From positions 11,842,001 through 11,906,000 of the forward strand of contig CATNEN010000007.1 of NCBI GenBank assembly GCA_950097015.1: a stretch of 64,000 bases of DNA, given 5' to 3'. Made by a program: the position numbers and the translations under genes. The notes below the pieces were generated by a model. It was not told where the DNA came from and searched no databases. It saw only the letters and a program-made list of their open reading frames with translations. Source of the DNA: Macrostomum hystrix. Taxonomy: Eukaryota; Animalia; Platyhelminthes. Positions 24,301 to 37,133 of this stretch are shown here, piece after piece. The first letter of the stretch is position 1. Each line of letters opens with the position of its first letter.

Positions 24301-27300
24301 CAATCCTAGATTACCCTATCGAGGGAGTCAAGCAGGTGCTGGTGGAAGGCGGAAAGCAGCCGCTTGGCCAGGTGCAGGGCCCGCTCCCGCTCCAGGTCGG
24401 GCGTGGCCGCAGCGAACTCGTCCAGCAGCAGCCGCAGGAGGCGCTCCAGCTGCTGCCAGGTGGGCTGCTCCATCAGCAGCGTCTCCAGCAGCTGGGCGGC
24501 TGACTCGACAGCTGAGGCGACGCGGGCTTCTGTGGCTTCGTCGAATTTGGACTTTTTGACGCCGCCGTCCAGCGGCAGGCCGACAATCGATCGGGCGGCG
24601 TCGCGAAGCAGGCCGGCGGCTTCGGCGTCCGTTGGCAACGGGCGGAGGCGCAGGAGGCAGCCGAGGGCGCGCATGGCCGGTTCGCGCAGGTCCGCCAGCT
24701 GGTCCGGCTGGTGCAGCGCGGAGGGCGGCTCGGAGCGGAGCACCGACTGGTGGGAAAAATCGGAGCCTTGGTCAGATCATGAGCGATCAGCTCTTGGTCA
24801 GGTCATGAGCGATCAGCTCTTGGTCAGATTGGTTGGGTTCGCAGCAGATCATAAAAAAGCTGGTGATTCACTGTACCTGCAAAAACTTAAGCATCTCATC
24901 ACGCTCCTTCAGCTCATAGTCCTGCCTGCCCAGCCGGCTGGGGTGGACGGCCTCTGCCACCAGCGCCAGCGTCTCCAGCAGGGCCCTCTTGGACTCGCGG
25001 CCGCCGCCGTCCTTGGCAGCCAGGTGTGGCCGCAGGTGCCGCATGATGTCGGTCTCCAGGCGCGAAATTAGCAGGTGCTTCGGCGACTGGGCGGCCACCT
25101 CGCCGCAGGCCAGCAGCACAGACAGCCGCTCCTGTGGCGAAGCTCCGCTAGAGGATGTCGCCTTCCTTAACAAGCCAACGATGCCGCCGCCGCCACCGCC
25201 ACCGCTGCCGGAGCCGGAGCCTCCTGAGGCGGCGTCGCGTCCCTTGGCATAGGCGGCCAGGCGCTCCAGCACGCAGTCCATGTGCGCCGTGGCCACCAGG
25301 CCGGCGGTGCGGGCGATGGCAGCCCGCTCGTCTGCCTCGGCGTGCCGGCATGCGGTCCACATGGCGTCCAGCAGCTGCACCACCACTTCGCGCCGCTGGC
25401 AATAGGTGAGCAGCACGCCCGCCAGCGAATTGCCGAACTGCTTCTCGGCGCTGTCTCGACCGGGCGCAGAGGCCTGCTCAACCAGCTGCTGGGCCAGGCT
25501 GGTCACATACTCCACATCGTTCAGGTGCTCGCCCAGCTTCTTGACAGTCTTCAGCATCAGCTGGTGCCACTTCTCCTGCGAATCTGCAGCAGACAGGATG
25601 GCATTTGAGTAGATGGGTGCGAAAGTAGAGAAGTGTTGCATATGCTGCATGCTATGCTGCATTATTCATAGATTTATTTTCTTCTAAAAGTAGTATATGT
25701 GCCATCGGGGCAAGATGTTACCGTACACCTTGTTTGCTAGAAACTTCAATGCCCTTAAGGGTAAAGAAATATAAGAGCGAGCTTCGTGCTCATGCCAATT
25801 TGGAGCTGCTCAAATAACGCCCTTCTTCAATTCATAAACCCAAGTGCCTTCGTGTTCATCAAACGTAACAGAAGGATTATCCTCACAAATCAGTGCTTGC
25901 CTGCAGGGATTATCCTCACAAATCAGTGCTTGCCTGCAGGAATTATCCTCACAAATCAGTGATGATTGGGTATCAGGTGATGGGAGATGGTTGGGAATCA
26001 GGTGATGGGAGATGGTTGGGAATCAGGTGATGGGAGATGGTTGGGAATCAGGTGATGGGAGATGGTTGGGAATCAGGTGATGGGAGATGACCTGCTCACC
26101 ATCCGGCAGGTCGCCCTCAAGGAACTCGCACAGCTTGGGCACTACCAGGTCGGTGAGGGAGGCCAGGTTTTCATGCAGGTTGGCGGCCAGACAAGCCAGG
26201 GCGCGCAGTGCGTGGCCGCTCCTTGGGTTGGGGCGGCCGGCCAGGGCCAGCAGGCGGGCAAGCAGGGCCTGCGGCTTGGGCAGGCCGTGGCACTGGTCGT
26301 AGTCAATGACGGTGTCGGCTGGGCTGAGCTGCTCCTGGAACAGGGTGTGCACGGCGCGACAGACGGCCTCGGCGGCGTCGTCGAACTCGGGCTGGATGAG
26401 AAACTCCAGCAGCGCGGGGAACAGGAAGCTGGCGCTGCCTGCCACGGTGGAGCTCATGAGCTGCAGCACGTTGGCGCAAAGCTGGCCGGCCTCCTTATCT
26501 GAGCAGCCATGCAGAACAAACTGCAGCAGCAGGCGGCCGCCCTCCAGGCCAAGGTAGCCGTGAGCGGCCATCACAATGACGGCTTGGGCCAGGGCGCGCT
26601 TTACCTGCAGCAGGAGGCGAAGTTTGGCGACATCAATTCGCAAGGGCTATCTAAGGCAGCAGTGGGATAAAGGCAGCAGTGGGATAAAGGCAGCAGTGGG
26701 ATAAAGGCAGCAGTGGGACAAAGGCAGCAGTGGGACAAAGGCAGCAGTGGGATAAAGGCAGCAGTAAAATAAAGGCAGCAGTGGGATAAAGGCAACAGTA
26801 GGATAAAGGCAGCAGTGGGATAAAGGCAGCAGTGGGATAAAGGCAGCAGTGGGATAAAGGCAGCAGTGGGATAAAGGCAGCAGTGGGATAAAGGCAGCAG
26901 TAAAATAAAGGCAGCAGTGAGAAGCCAGTCAGCAGTGAGAAGCCAGTCAGCAGTGAGCAGCCAGTCAGCAGTGAGCAGCCAGTCAGCAGTGAGAGGCCAG
27001 TCAGTAGTGAGAGGCCAGTCAGTACTGAGAGGCCAGTCAGCAGTGAGCAGCCAGTCAGCAGTGAGAGGCCAGTCAGTAGTGAGAGGCCAGTCAGTACTGA
27101 GAGGCCAGTCAGCAGTGAGCAGCCAGTCAGCAGTGAGAGGCCAGTCAGTAGTGAGAGGCCAATCAGTAGTGAGAGGCCAGTCAGCAGTGAGAGGCCAGTC
27201 AGCAGTGAGAAGCCAGTCAGCAGTGAGAAGCCAGTCAGTAGTGAGAGGCCAGTCAGTAGTGAGAGGCCAGTCAGTAGTGAGAGGCCAGTCAGCAGTGAGA

Positions 27301-30205
27301 GGCCAGTCAGCAGTGAGAAGCCAGTCAGCAGTGAGAAGCCAGTCAGTACTGAGAGGCCAGTCAGCAGTGAAAGGCCAGTCAGCAGTGAGAGGCCAGTCAG
27401 CAGTGAGAAGCCAGTCAGCAGTGAGAAGCCAGTCAGCAGTGAAAGGCCAGTCAGCAGTGAGAGGCCAGTCAGCAGTGAGAAGCCAGTCAGCAGTGAGAAG
27501 CCAGTCAGTAGTGAGAGGCCAATCAGTAGTGAGAGGCCAGTCAGCAGTGAGAAGCCAGTCAGTAGTGAGAGGCCAGTCAGTAGTGAGAGGCCAGTCAGCA
27601 GTGAGAGGCCAGTCAGTAGTGAGAGGCCAGTCAGTAGTGAGAGGCCAGTCAGCAGTGAGAGGCCAGTCAGCAGTGAGAAGCCAGTCAGCAGTGAGAGGCC
27701 AATCAGTAGTGAGAGGCCAGTCAGCAGTGAGAGGCCAGTCAGTAGTGAGAGGCCAGTCAGTAGTGAGAGGCAGGTAGCAGTGAGATGGTGCCACGCACCT
27801 TTGGGCTGGAATCGCCTATGGCAGACTTGGTGGCGGAGAGGATGAGGGAGCTGCGGTCAGCCAGAGCCGCCTGGCAGGCGCCGACGATGTGCCTGAGCAG
27901 AGCCAGAGCGGCCAGCTTGCTGCGCTCGTTGCCTTCGAGGCGGGGCACCAGGAAGGCGACGGCGCGGTCCGGTGACAAAGTGCAAATCAGGCCGAAGCAG
28001 CGCAGCACCTGCAGGGCGGGACGGAATGCGGGGAGCAGTCAGGTGACCAGTTGTGCTGAACCAGCAAGCTAAAGAATGACAACGAATGATTGAGACCCGG
28101 CTGCCTCACCTCGTTTTGGTTTTTCAGCGCCAGCGGCGTAGGCGCCTCAGTGGCTGCCTGCGACGCCACCTCCTGGGCGAACAGCGCGGCCAGCAGCTGT
28201 TCCAGATCCTGCGGCGGCAGCGGCAGAGGAGCGTCGGGCTCGCGGAGGTCGCGATAGGCGATGAGCACGTTGGCCAGGGCGCGGCTGATGTGGAAAGGCT
28301 CCGGGTGCTTCTTGTACAGGGCCAGCATGCCGTGCACCAGGCGGGGCAGCTGCTCGGCCAGCTTCTCCCTGGAGTGGAGTGAGCTCAGCTTAATAGTCTC
28401 AATAGGAGGTCAAGGTCAAGGTCAAGGAATTTCTGAAACACTCTTAAACAACCTGAAACCCCCTTAGACAACCTGAAACCCCCCTGTGACATCCTGAAAC
28501 TCCCTTTGACATGCTGAAACCCCCTTAGACATCCTTAAACAACCCTTAGACATTCGGAAACACCCTTAAACAACCTGAAACACCCACAGACATTCTGAAA
28601 CACCCTCTGACATTCTGAAACACCCTCTGACATCTTGAATCACCCACAGACATTCTGAAACACCCACAGACATTCTGAAACACCCTCTGACATCTTGAAA
28701 CCACCTTAGACAACCTGAAACCCTCTTAGACATCTTCAAACACCATTCAGACATGCGGCAGTCACCTGGTCAGCAGCTGGGCGCAGTTTCCTAGCGCGTC
28801 AACGATGGCCACGCGCAGCCGGGCCTCCTTGGCGGCCATCAGCCAATTGCTGAACATGAAGTCATAGGCGGACGTCACCTCGGCCGTGAATGTCTCCCGG
28901 CGGACATTGGGATCAGGCGCCCGGTCGGGATTGGCGATGTACTCAACGATGGCCTCGCAGAAGCGGCTGACGGCGTTGGCGAATACCCAGCGCATGTTGT
29001 CCAGCTTCACCGAGCCCAGCTGGGGCAGCAGGGTGCTCAGCAGCACCGGCAGGAAGGGAATCATGTCGAAGGCTGCGGGGATAGGCGATTGACACAGGTG
29101 GGTTGGGATTTGGACACTGGGGATTCCCCAAGCCTGGCTTGCCGACGAAAGGGCGGGTCAGGCGCTCACGGTTATTCACGGCCATGTTGGCCAGAGTCTG
29201 CACCACAAAGAAGTGCGGCAGGTGGCCGGGCTGCACCTTCTCGTTGAGCTTCTCCATCACGGCCGTGCAGTGCCTTGTGCTGAGCGCCACCAGGACCTCA
29301 CTGGCCGCCGTCTGCCAATCGGGAATCACATCCTGCGGAAAAAATATCAAGTGCGCCTTGTGCCTACTTCCAGTAGCCTGTTGCGAGTCTGCAGGTGTCA
29401 AGCACCTGACCTCCACTCACCTTAGAGGCGGTCAGCTCGAGCACGCATTGCTGCACGGCCTCGGTCAGCAGGTCCACGGGAAAATCGTGCTCGACGTGGC
29501 TGAAGATGCGGTGCAGCGCGTTTAGAATGCAGATGCGGTGCGGCTGCGGGTGCTGCGGAGGCGGGTGGGGCTGCGGATTGTCATTTAGGAACAAAAGTGA
29601 GCCGAAGAATTTTCCGTCTGAATATCAGAGACTCACCTGTATTGCTAATTAGTGAGGGCATAATATTGCTGGATTAAAATATAACACACTTACACAATAT
29701 TGAAATAGGAAGAGCAGAAAATGTTGAACGGTGTCAGAAAAAGCTAATGGGAAAATACTAGCAAACAGTATTGCGTTGCAGCGAAAACATTTCCAGTCCG
29801 GAGCCTCAACCAGCTTACCGGGACAACTCACTAAACAGATTTGCTTACCTGGACACTAATAATGCCTTTCAGTTTCTAACAGTGGGAATGCGGAGTGCGG
29901 ATTATCTGTAAACAAAACTGGAAGACAGACAGACAGACAGACAGACACCCAGCACAGACTGACAGACAGACAGACACCCAGCACAGACTGACAGACAGAC
30001 AGACACCCAGCACAGACAGACAGACATCCAGCACAGACAGAGAGACAGACAGACAGACAGACACCCAGCACAGACAGACAGACAGACAGACATCCAGCAC
30101 AGACAGACAGACAGACATCCAGCACAGACAGACAGACAGACAGACAGTCAGACAGACAGACAGACAGACATCCAGCACAGACAGACAGACAGACAGACAT
30201 CCAGC

Positions 30206-30236
<31 letters not shown>

Positions 30237-30388
30237 CCCAGCACAGACAGACAGACAGACAGACACCCAGCACAGACTGACAGACAGACAGACACCCAGC
30301 ACAGACTGACAGACACCCAGAACAGACAGACAGACATCCAGCACAGACAGACAGACATCCTGCACAGACAGACAGACAGACATCCAGC

Positions 30389-30438
<50 letters not shown>

Positions 30439-30924
30439 CGAGAAACAGACAGACAGACATGACTGGCTAATAAACACATGCAATAGGAATGGCGCACCTT
30501 CGAGTGCTGGCCGAGGAAGGCAACTGCTAGGCTGACAACCATATTGGGCTCCTGCTGGCCCAGGTTGAACAGGGACTCAGTCACAGCCTCGCGAACTTGA
30601 TCGCTCTTGTCGCCAGCAGCAGCAAGCAGCGATTCAACGATGGCTGTGGAGTGCATATTTAGGTAGGGTATTACTATTGAAGTATTCAAGGCTGGTGTGG
30701 ATGTGGTAGGTGGATTCTTACTCTGATAAGCTGATACTGATACTTTTATATTATTTTATTTGTGAAGCATCTCATATTTATAAGAAAAAAGCACCTGAGT
30801 ACTGATGTATGATGCTTCTTTTTAGTCACTAAATTTAAATAGGGGAATAAAAATGTAGCTTACAGTCAATCTGGCGATTGCAAGCATATGGCCTTGCATG
30901 GGTCACTGCTTTTTTGGTTGCCAT
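21390..30924 (-). CDS. MROH1: Maestro HEAT-like repeat protein 1 (HEATR7A), multi-exon
   Basis: Exon 1 is 30924-30864 and exon 2 starts at 30643 ([20 protein letters not shown]). [27 protein letters not shown] and [19 protein letters not shown] match the MROH1 N-terminus. HEAT-repeat exons continue to [20 protein letters not shown] at 21390. Confidence 0.92.
23626..24041. repeat. 17-bp minisatellite in MROH1 intron
   Basis: TGTGCTCAGCTATGCCC, about 24 nearly perfect copies. Confidence 0.98.
25874..26090. repeat. Adjacent 33-bp and 25-bp minisatellites in MROH1 intron
   Basis: GGATTATCCTCACAAATCAGTGCTTGCCTGCAG about 3 copies, then TCAGGTGATGGGAGATGGTTGGGAA about 5 copies. Confidence 0.9.
26652..27785. 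repeat. Compound 17-bp + 18-bp minisatellite in MROH1 intron
   Basis: GGCAGCAGTGGGATAAA array to about 26915, then GCAGTGAGAGGCCAGTCA array. Confidence 0.97.
28430..28755. repeat. Degenerate ~20-bp minisatellite in MROH1 intron
   Basis: GACATTCTGAAACACCCTCT-like units. Confidence 0.9.
29923..30460. repeat. (GACA)n-based compound microsatellite in MROH1 intron
   Basis: GACA runs interrupted by (A/C)TCCAGCACA. Confidence 0.97.
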
Positions 30925-32257
30925 GGAACCTGAAAGAAGCAATGGTTCAAAAAAACTATCATGATATGTAAACATATTATGCCTAAATAATAAAAAGCCA
31001 GACCCATATAAGAATAATAATAATAAATTGTTATAACAGTCAATAGCAAAATACCTATGAAAATTGAACTTAGCCAGTTTATAAATTAGTTAAAATAACT
31101 TCAAATATAATATTTTGTATGATATAATGTAATTGTAAGCATAATGTTTTAAATTGGCCCTTGAAGTACTTTTACAAAATAACTAACTTTTTTAATGAAA
31201 AAATGGTCTAATTTCAAATGTGGATAAATAGCTATGTTTTGGAATTTGGAAAACTTGGCTGAACTATAGAATATATGGGCTTAGCTAGCCTAAGCTTTTA
31301 TACTAAATTTAGAATACATAGTACTGTGTTCCCACCTGTTTAAATTATCATTTTTAATTAATCACACTTAGCTAGAATATAAAAATTACTTAAAATTCAT
31401 GCATACCGATGTTCAGGTAACTTGAGGTAAGGCCTTATGCAAGTCCAACAAGTAGGAGAGCAAACAAAAAAAATACAGTAAACCTAAAAACTTTCATGAG
31501 AATTTGAGACCCCATACATAGGCTTAGAGTATACTTTTACAAGGTGTGAATTCTATTTTTTGCATGTATATATTTTTAATTGTGCGATTTGTCAGAAAAA
31601 TCATAAAGGACATGCGCAGCTGCTACATCATTTTTAGGCATCACATTCATGTGCTAGAAGGGCACATATAGAGACTAATGTAGACAAGACTGAGGCAAAG
31701 TACAAAATATGAGTGGGTTCCACGACAGAAAATAAGACAGTTATGCATTATGAATATTGATACTTTTAAGTTTTGATACGACGCCCGCATTATTAGGCTT
31801 AACTGTTCCTCGAAAAATTCGCAATCAAAAAGAGAGTAAGAAAAAGCCTACTGAAAAAAACATTCACCTGAAAGGAAATAATCTTTGTTATTAGATTACA
31901 AATGTCAAATATAAAGGAAGTTTTTTAACTACACAGACCTTGCGCTTGCACAACTTAGTTTTAATAGATCTAACGAAAAATATTGTACTCCTCTAGGCTT
32001 AGCCTGTATTTCGTTATTCTAACTTGGTGCGTCGAGTAATCAACCGTTAAGTAGTGGGAATACCTTGTCGCAGCGGAAATGATCTACATCGAAAAGTAAA
32101 CAGTACTACACAGACGTTAAAAAGTGTAACAAACCTTGCGTATATGGCCATCTTTATATTAACAGTATAAGTTTCACCGATTTTTTGCACCATCTATACG
32201 TTGGTTTGTGCTAGTCCAACCTTATTTTCTGCAAGGACATCTAGTAGTATTAGTAGA

Positions 32258-34660
32258 TGTGATGTACTCATATTTATATTTGCACGCCAACCCCCCTTTT
32301 CCTGCCCCCACTCTCTCTCTCTTTCTCTCTCTCTCCTCCAGTGTACATTTCTTTATGCTTAAGCTCATAGTGAACAATACTCTTAATAAATACATTCGCA
32401 CCGCCCAAGTAGGGGTCTGAAGACTTTTCTATACTTTCTATACTCTAACATGGCATCGCAAGCCATAGCACTCGTGCGTCTTAGCACTTTCGATGCAGGA
32501 GGTGAGCCTCACGCAGTCGTTCAACGGTGGAAGACGTGGACCCGGTGGTTCGAGAGCTACGTTATAGCAGCCGGAATCAAGGACGAGAAGCAAGCCCAAG
32601 AAATCCTGCTGTACGCGGATTCAGGACCACCTGGACAAGAAGAACCATATCCTGTTCCTGCGATATCGTATGTTCGAGACTTGCCGCCAACTGGAGGGAT
32701 AAGGCATGGACACCTGGTATGGACGCCTAAAGAAGCTCGCTGATCCCTGCCAGTTCGGGGAACTCACCAGCTCCCTGATACGAGACAAAATCGTCGCCCA
32801 CTGCTGTCGATCGGAGAAAACGACAGTTTTCTGCAGTCGGGCGACAGCCTGGCAGACATGCTGCTCAAGATCTGAGCCAGGGAGGCAGCAGAGCGGCAAG
32901 CTCACGTGATGGAGCAAGCCAGCTGGACAGCAGCGGCGCCCTGAGGACAACGCACAATGCCCCGCTCACAACTTGCAACCGATGCGGCAGGGCGGGGCCA
33001 CGCTGAATGCGACATCGCCAGAGGCAAGTCTTGCAAGAAATGCGGCAAAATCGCGGCCTTTTCCCGCGCGCCTGCAGATCCAGAAAAACAGCTCAACTAA
33101 GCGCCATCCCTGCTGAGCAGTTGGGAATTGACGCACCTACTCGACAAGGACTCAGATCCCGGCCCAGAGGCGATCTTTCAAATCGCCAGCGAACGAGCAA
33201 CTGCAAGAGTGATCACTGAGATCGGAGGAACTCCCATGAAGATTCTCATTGACAGCGGAGCTGGCTGCAACATCATGGATGTTAAAGCCTCGACCGCCGA
33301 CCGGAATTGCAGCCAGCAAATAACAGGCTGTTTGCCTACGGCAGCGCCAGCCCGCTTCAACTGTTTTACAAAGTCATTCTGCCGATCAAGGTGTTCGGAG
33401 TCACCTGCAATGCCTCCTTCTTCATCCTTGACGGCAAAGGGGAAACCGTCCTGGTAAGGAAAACGGCCGGAGAAATGCAGATCCTTCGCATCGGGCCATC
33501 GAGCAAAAATCCGGCGACTCAGGTGCTCACCCTGGGCCGAGCAATGAACCCTATAGATCTACTCTATAACGAAAGCCGCCTGACGGACAGCACCCTGCCG
33601 GACCATCTACAGCTCGACCGGATCCTGACACCTGGATCGAGACCGCCCGCGAGGGTCGAGCGCATGGTATTACAGATCCAGCACATGAACTTCAGAATGG
33701 TTTATCGACCAGGATCACAAAGCGCAGCGGACATCCTCAGCCGCCAGCCGCTGGCAACGGCGCAACCAGACAAAGGCGCGTGCGACTCTGCAATGCATCA
33801 ATGCAGTACTACAGGCAGCGGTGCAGCTGGCGCTCACGCTGGAAGACATCAAGCGGCACAAAGGACGACCCACTCATCAAAGCTGCCATCAGCTTAATTT
33901 GAGGAACGCGTTGGGACCTCAGCAACGCAGACGTGAGGTCGCTGCACTCCTTGCGGAACGAGCTCTCAGAGGAAGACGGTGTGTTGCTACGATCGGACAG
34001 GATCGTCGTCCCAAGCAGCCTCAGAGAGACGATGCTGCGCCTCGCGCATGCGGGGAATCTGGGACTCAGAAAGACGCTGGCCAGACTGACCAGCAAGGTC
34101 TGGTGGCCAAGAATGAACGCCGATGTGGAGGCGGCTGTCAGCAGATGCAGGATCTGCCTTGAGGCGTCCCACAAGCCGACGGTCGGCGCAACGCTTCTGC
34201 AGCCGTCCAAAATACCAAAGGGTGCCTGGCTTTCGATCCGACGACCTCCTAGGTCCGATCCAGAACAAGATGCTACTCGTCTGTGGAGACCACTACTCCC
34301 GGTACCCGGAGGTTTAAGTCCTGAAGACCACCACGGCTGAGACCATCATCCCTAGGCTGCGTGAGTTATTCTGCAAGTTCGGCCTCCCAGAGGCGATCAT
34401 CACAGTTTAAGGATTTCGTCAGGAGCTTCAGAATCCGGCACCTTGCCATCACTCCGCTATATCCGGCCGCCAACGGAATGACAGAGCGGCTTAACAGGTC
34501 CATCAGCAATGTCGTCCGCGCTGCCATCACAGAGAACAGGGACTGGCGCGACGCCTTGGCCGAGTGGATGCTAGCTTACCGGACAGCGCCGCACGCAACT
34601 GCCGATCGGGAAAGCACTGCCGCCCGGGCCAGACCTGTTGGACGCGCGCAACCGCGCCAG
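32258..34660 (+). mobile_element. Decayed Ty3/Gypsy (Mag-like) LTR retrotransposon: 5' LTR, gag, protease, RNase H end and integrase; RT deleted, no 3' LTR seen
   Basis: TG...CA LTR-like segment at 32258-32450 with AATAAA, followed by PBS-like TGGCATCG. Gag WKTWTRWFESYVIAAG, protease ILIDSGAGCNI, RNase H end YRPGSQSAADILSR, integrase LAH...WWPRMNADVEAAVSRCRIC and TPLYPAANGMTERLNR. Many frameshifts. Confidence 0.88.
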
Positions 34661-35255
34661 TAGCCACTGGCACCGTGACCCAGGACACACCGGTGGCATG
34701 CAGACCGCACAGTAGAGTCTTTGACTAGTAGGCAAGTAGTGGTGGGCTACAATTACTGGTCTAACTTGGCTTTGTGATTTGATATTGCCAGTTCTCTGTA
34801 ACATTAAAAATTCTATCAAAATTTGTTTATATTTGCTTAGCCGCAGGGTGTCTAGCTCGTTGGTTTTTATTGTACTGTTGAAGATCCCATTGAATTTGAG
34901 TTCTTTTTAATTGAATAATCGCGTGTGTTCATAAGCCAAAAAGATGGTCGACTTATTATTGTAAATTAAATTCAAGATAACAGGATGCAAAACTATATGC
35001 ATTGCAATATTTTAGCAATGATTCAGCAGGCTGCCTTGCACTTTATTTTGCAGGCGGAAAAATTGGAACAATGCAGTTAAAGACGTCAGTTCCTTAAACC
35101 TTTAGCGAGTATATATTTTCCTTTGCATAATATTTATAGTTATTTTTCATTTGCACTTCGATCCTTTGCGGCTAGGCCCAAAGCTAATTGCTCTGCTTGA
35201 GGCATCAGCGAAAGATATGCGCTGCAATAAATGTGAACCGACGACGCGAAGGTGC

Positions 35256-35983
35256 TTAGTTTCGAATTTGCTCAGCAGCCATGGTGCCATGATGGACGCT
35301 AGTTTTTTTGGCGAAACGTTCTGAAAAATTGCGGTGAAAAATGCTCAGTTATAATCAAGTCAAAATGAAGCAAAAATTATCGAGGGAAGGTTTGCTTTTC
35401 TGCCAGTTGAATCTAGAAAATTGTTATTTCTACTTGAGTCTAAAGTCTAAGTTTCAATAGGGATTCGGCGACATATACATGTATAGTTATGTTTTTCACT
35501 TGATATCATGAAAGCATGGGAATGCAGATTCTGCCACACAGGATGAAAATCAGTGCATTTCATGTCATTTGGATGCATAAACTCCGGAACATATATTCGC
35601 AGCTTTTAAGTACTCATGCGAGCAGCTTATGGAGCAATGCGCCCGAATGGAGTTATTGTAATTGATAGCTACCAATAGTACAATAAACTGAAAACGCAAT
35701 AAAAGCCTAATTTACCACCGCTGCCGCGCTTCCTGACCCCCGGATACCAGCTGCTGCGAAAGAAGACACTGCGGAACTCCCTGGGCCCCCAGTCGTTGAA
35801 GAAGCCGTCACCACTGACACCGGTGTCCTGACGCTGGCAGCCGGCGCCCCAGCCGACGCATGGCAAGAAGGGGAATCGCTTGGCCGGCGGTGGCTTGACG
35901 ACGGCTGCATCAAAGTGTGGCGTCACGAGCAGCAGCAGCAGCAGCTGGATGACGCTCGACTTCAGCACTAAGTTCTTGTTCAT
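35256..35983 (-). CDS. Secreted neuropeptide-like precursor, 2 exons, family unassigned
   Basis: Exon 35983-35716 encodes signal peptide MNKNLVLKSSVIQLLLLLLVTPHFDA, then KR|FPFLPCVGWGAGCQR...FFNDWGPR...SVFFRSSWYPGV|RKR. A donor at 35715 and an acceptor at 35321 give an in-frame exon 35320-35256 (ERFAKKTSVHHGTMAAEQIRN*). Confidence 0.75.
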
Positions 35984-36703
35984 CCTATGGGCACTGGAAT
36001 GGCCAAATTTCTGAAGGAGGTCGCAATAAAAACTAGCGAGAGGCAAGGGATCTGTGGAAACCAAATGCAAGGTGCTTTGCTCAGCCCAAACCAGAAGAGC
36101 TGTTTGGCTTTTAGTTCTCGGAATGCACGGGTGGAGTCAAATGTTTTAAACAGGCAATACCTGGGACCAAAGACACTCCCCATCTGCAAATTTCAATTTT
36201 AAGAGAGGCCCCTCCGCTCGTTCAGCCACCAGTCTGCAATTTGAAAATTCGTTTAAGTAATTGATAATTTTTATGCAATTCACGTCAGCTGTTGGTCAAT
36301 GTAAAAAAGTAGAGAAACCAAACCATTCTCCCCTTATACGATGGCGAAAGTGCACTTTCTTTGTAAAGGAGCCATCACTATAATTGCTTGTTGAAATGAC
36401 GGCATTTGCTTAATCAAACAAATTGCTGCCATAGTCCCCACTAGTTCCATTTCGTCTGATGCTTTTAATAACTGCTGCCATCTAACCACAACCTCAGTAG
36501 TATGGGCTAGCAGAACCCTGCCGAACACTGCGGAGATAGGCGTAATGTAAAAAGAAATGAGGAAACGAATACACTGCTGCAGGATAGGCAGAGAGGGCGG
36601 CCTATCACTTTGCCTAGGGGGTGATGGACACAGCAGAGATAGGAGGACAGGCCTTGTATGGGGGTTTGGGGGGGCAAAGCCCCCGCATTTTAATTTCCCT
36701 TTA

Positions 36704-36837
36704 AGAGCCGAGTATTTCGATCCCAAATCTAATCTAAGCTTGATTGCCCGGGCCCCACAGAGCCGAGTATCTCGATCCCAAATCTAATCTAAGCTTGATT
36801 GCCCGGGCCCCACAGAGCCGAGTATCTCGATCCCAAA
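36704..36837. repeat. 55-bp tandem duplication (about 2.4 copies)
   Basis: AGAGCCGAGTATCTCGATCCCAAATCTAATCTAAGCTTGATTGCCCGGGCCCCAC starts at 36704, 36759 and 36814. Confidence 0.95.
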
Positions 36838-37133
36838 GTTTGTCTCCAAATTTTGAGAAAACCGACGATCGCAATCGAAAGTGACAACAGTTTTTAAAGT
36901 CGAGCCAGCTGACAGCATTGAAATTATTGAGATCAGTGATCGGTGTGGTTGGATAAGTTCGCTAGTTCTCAGAGGTTTTTGTCGGCAGTGAGTCTATTTT
37001 TATTGGGAAGCACTATTGAGCGTATTAAAAGTACTAGAACCGTTGCAAAAGAAATACAGACACCGAAAGCGCTAAAACTGAAAACGGACCGCAAAAGTAG
37101 CATAAGATGAATTTGAGAAGACTCTCAAAGCTC

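Noticed and set aside
26601-27794. Long repetitive ORFs (TADWPL / VRGQSA)
   Set aside because: They arise from the 18-bp array inside an MROH1 intron.
29856-30483. VCLS / QTDR repeat ORFs
   Set aside because: They arise from the (GACA)n microsatellite in an intron.
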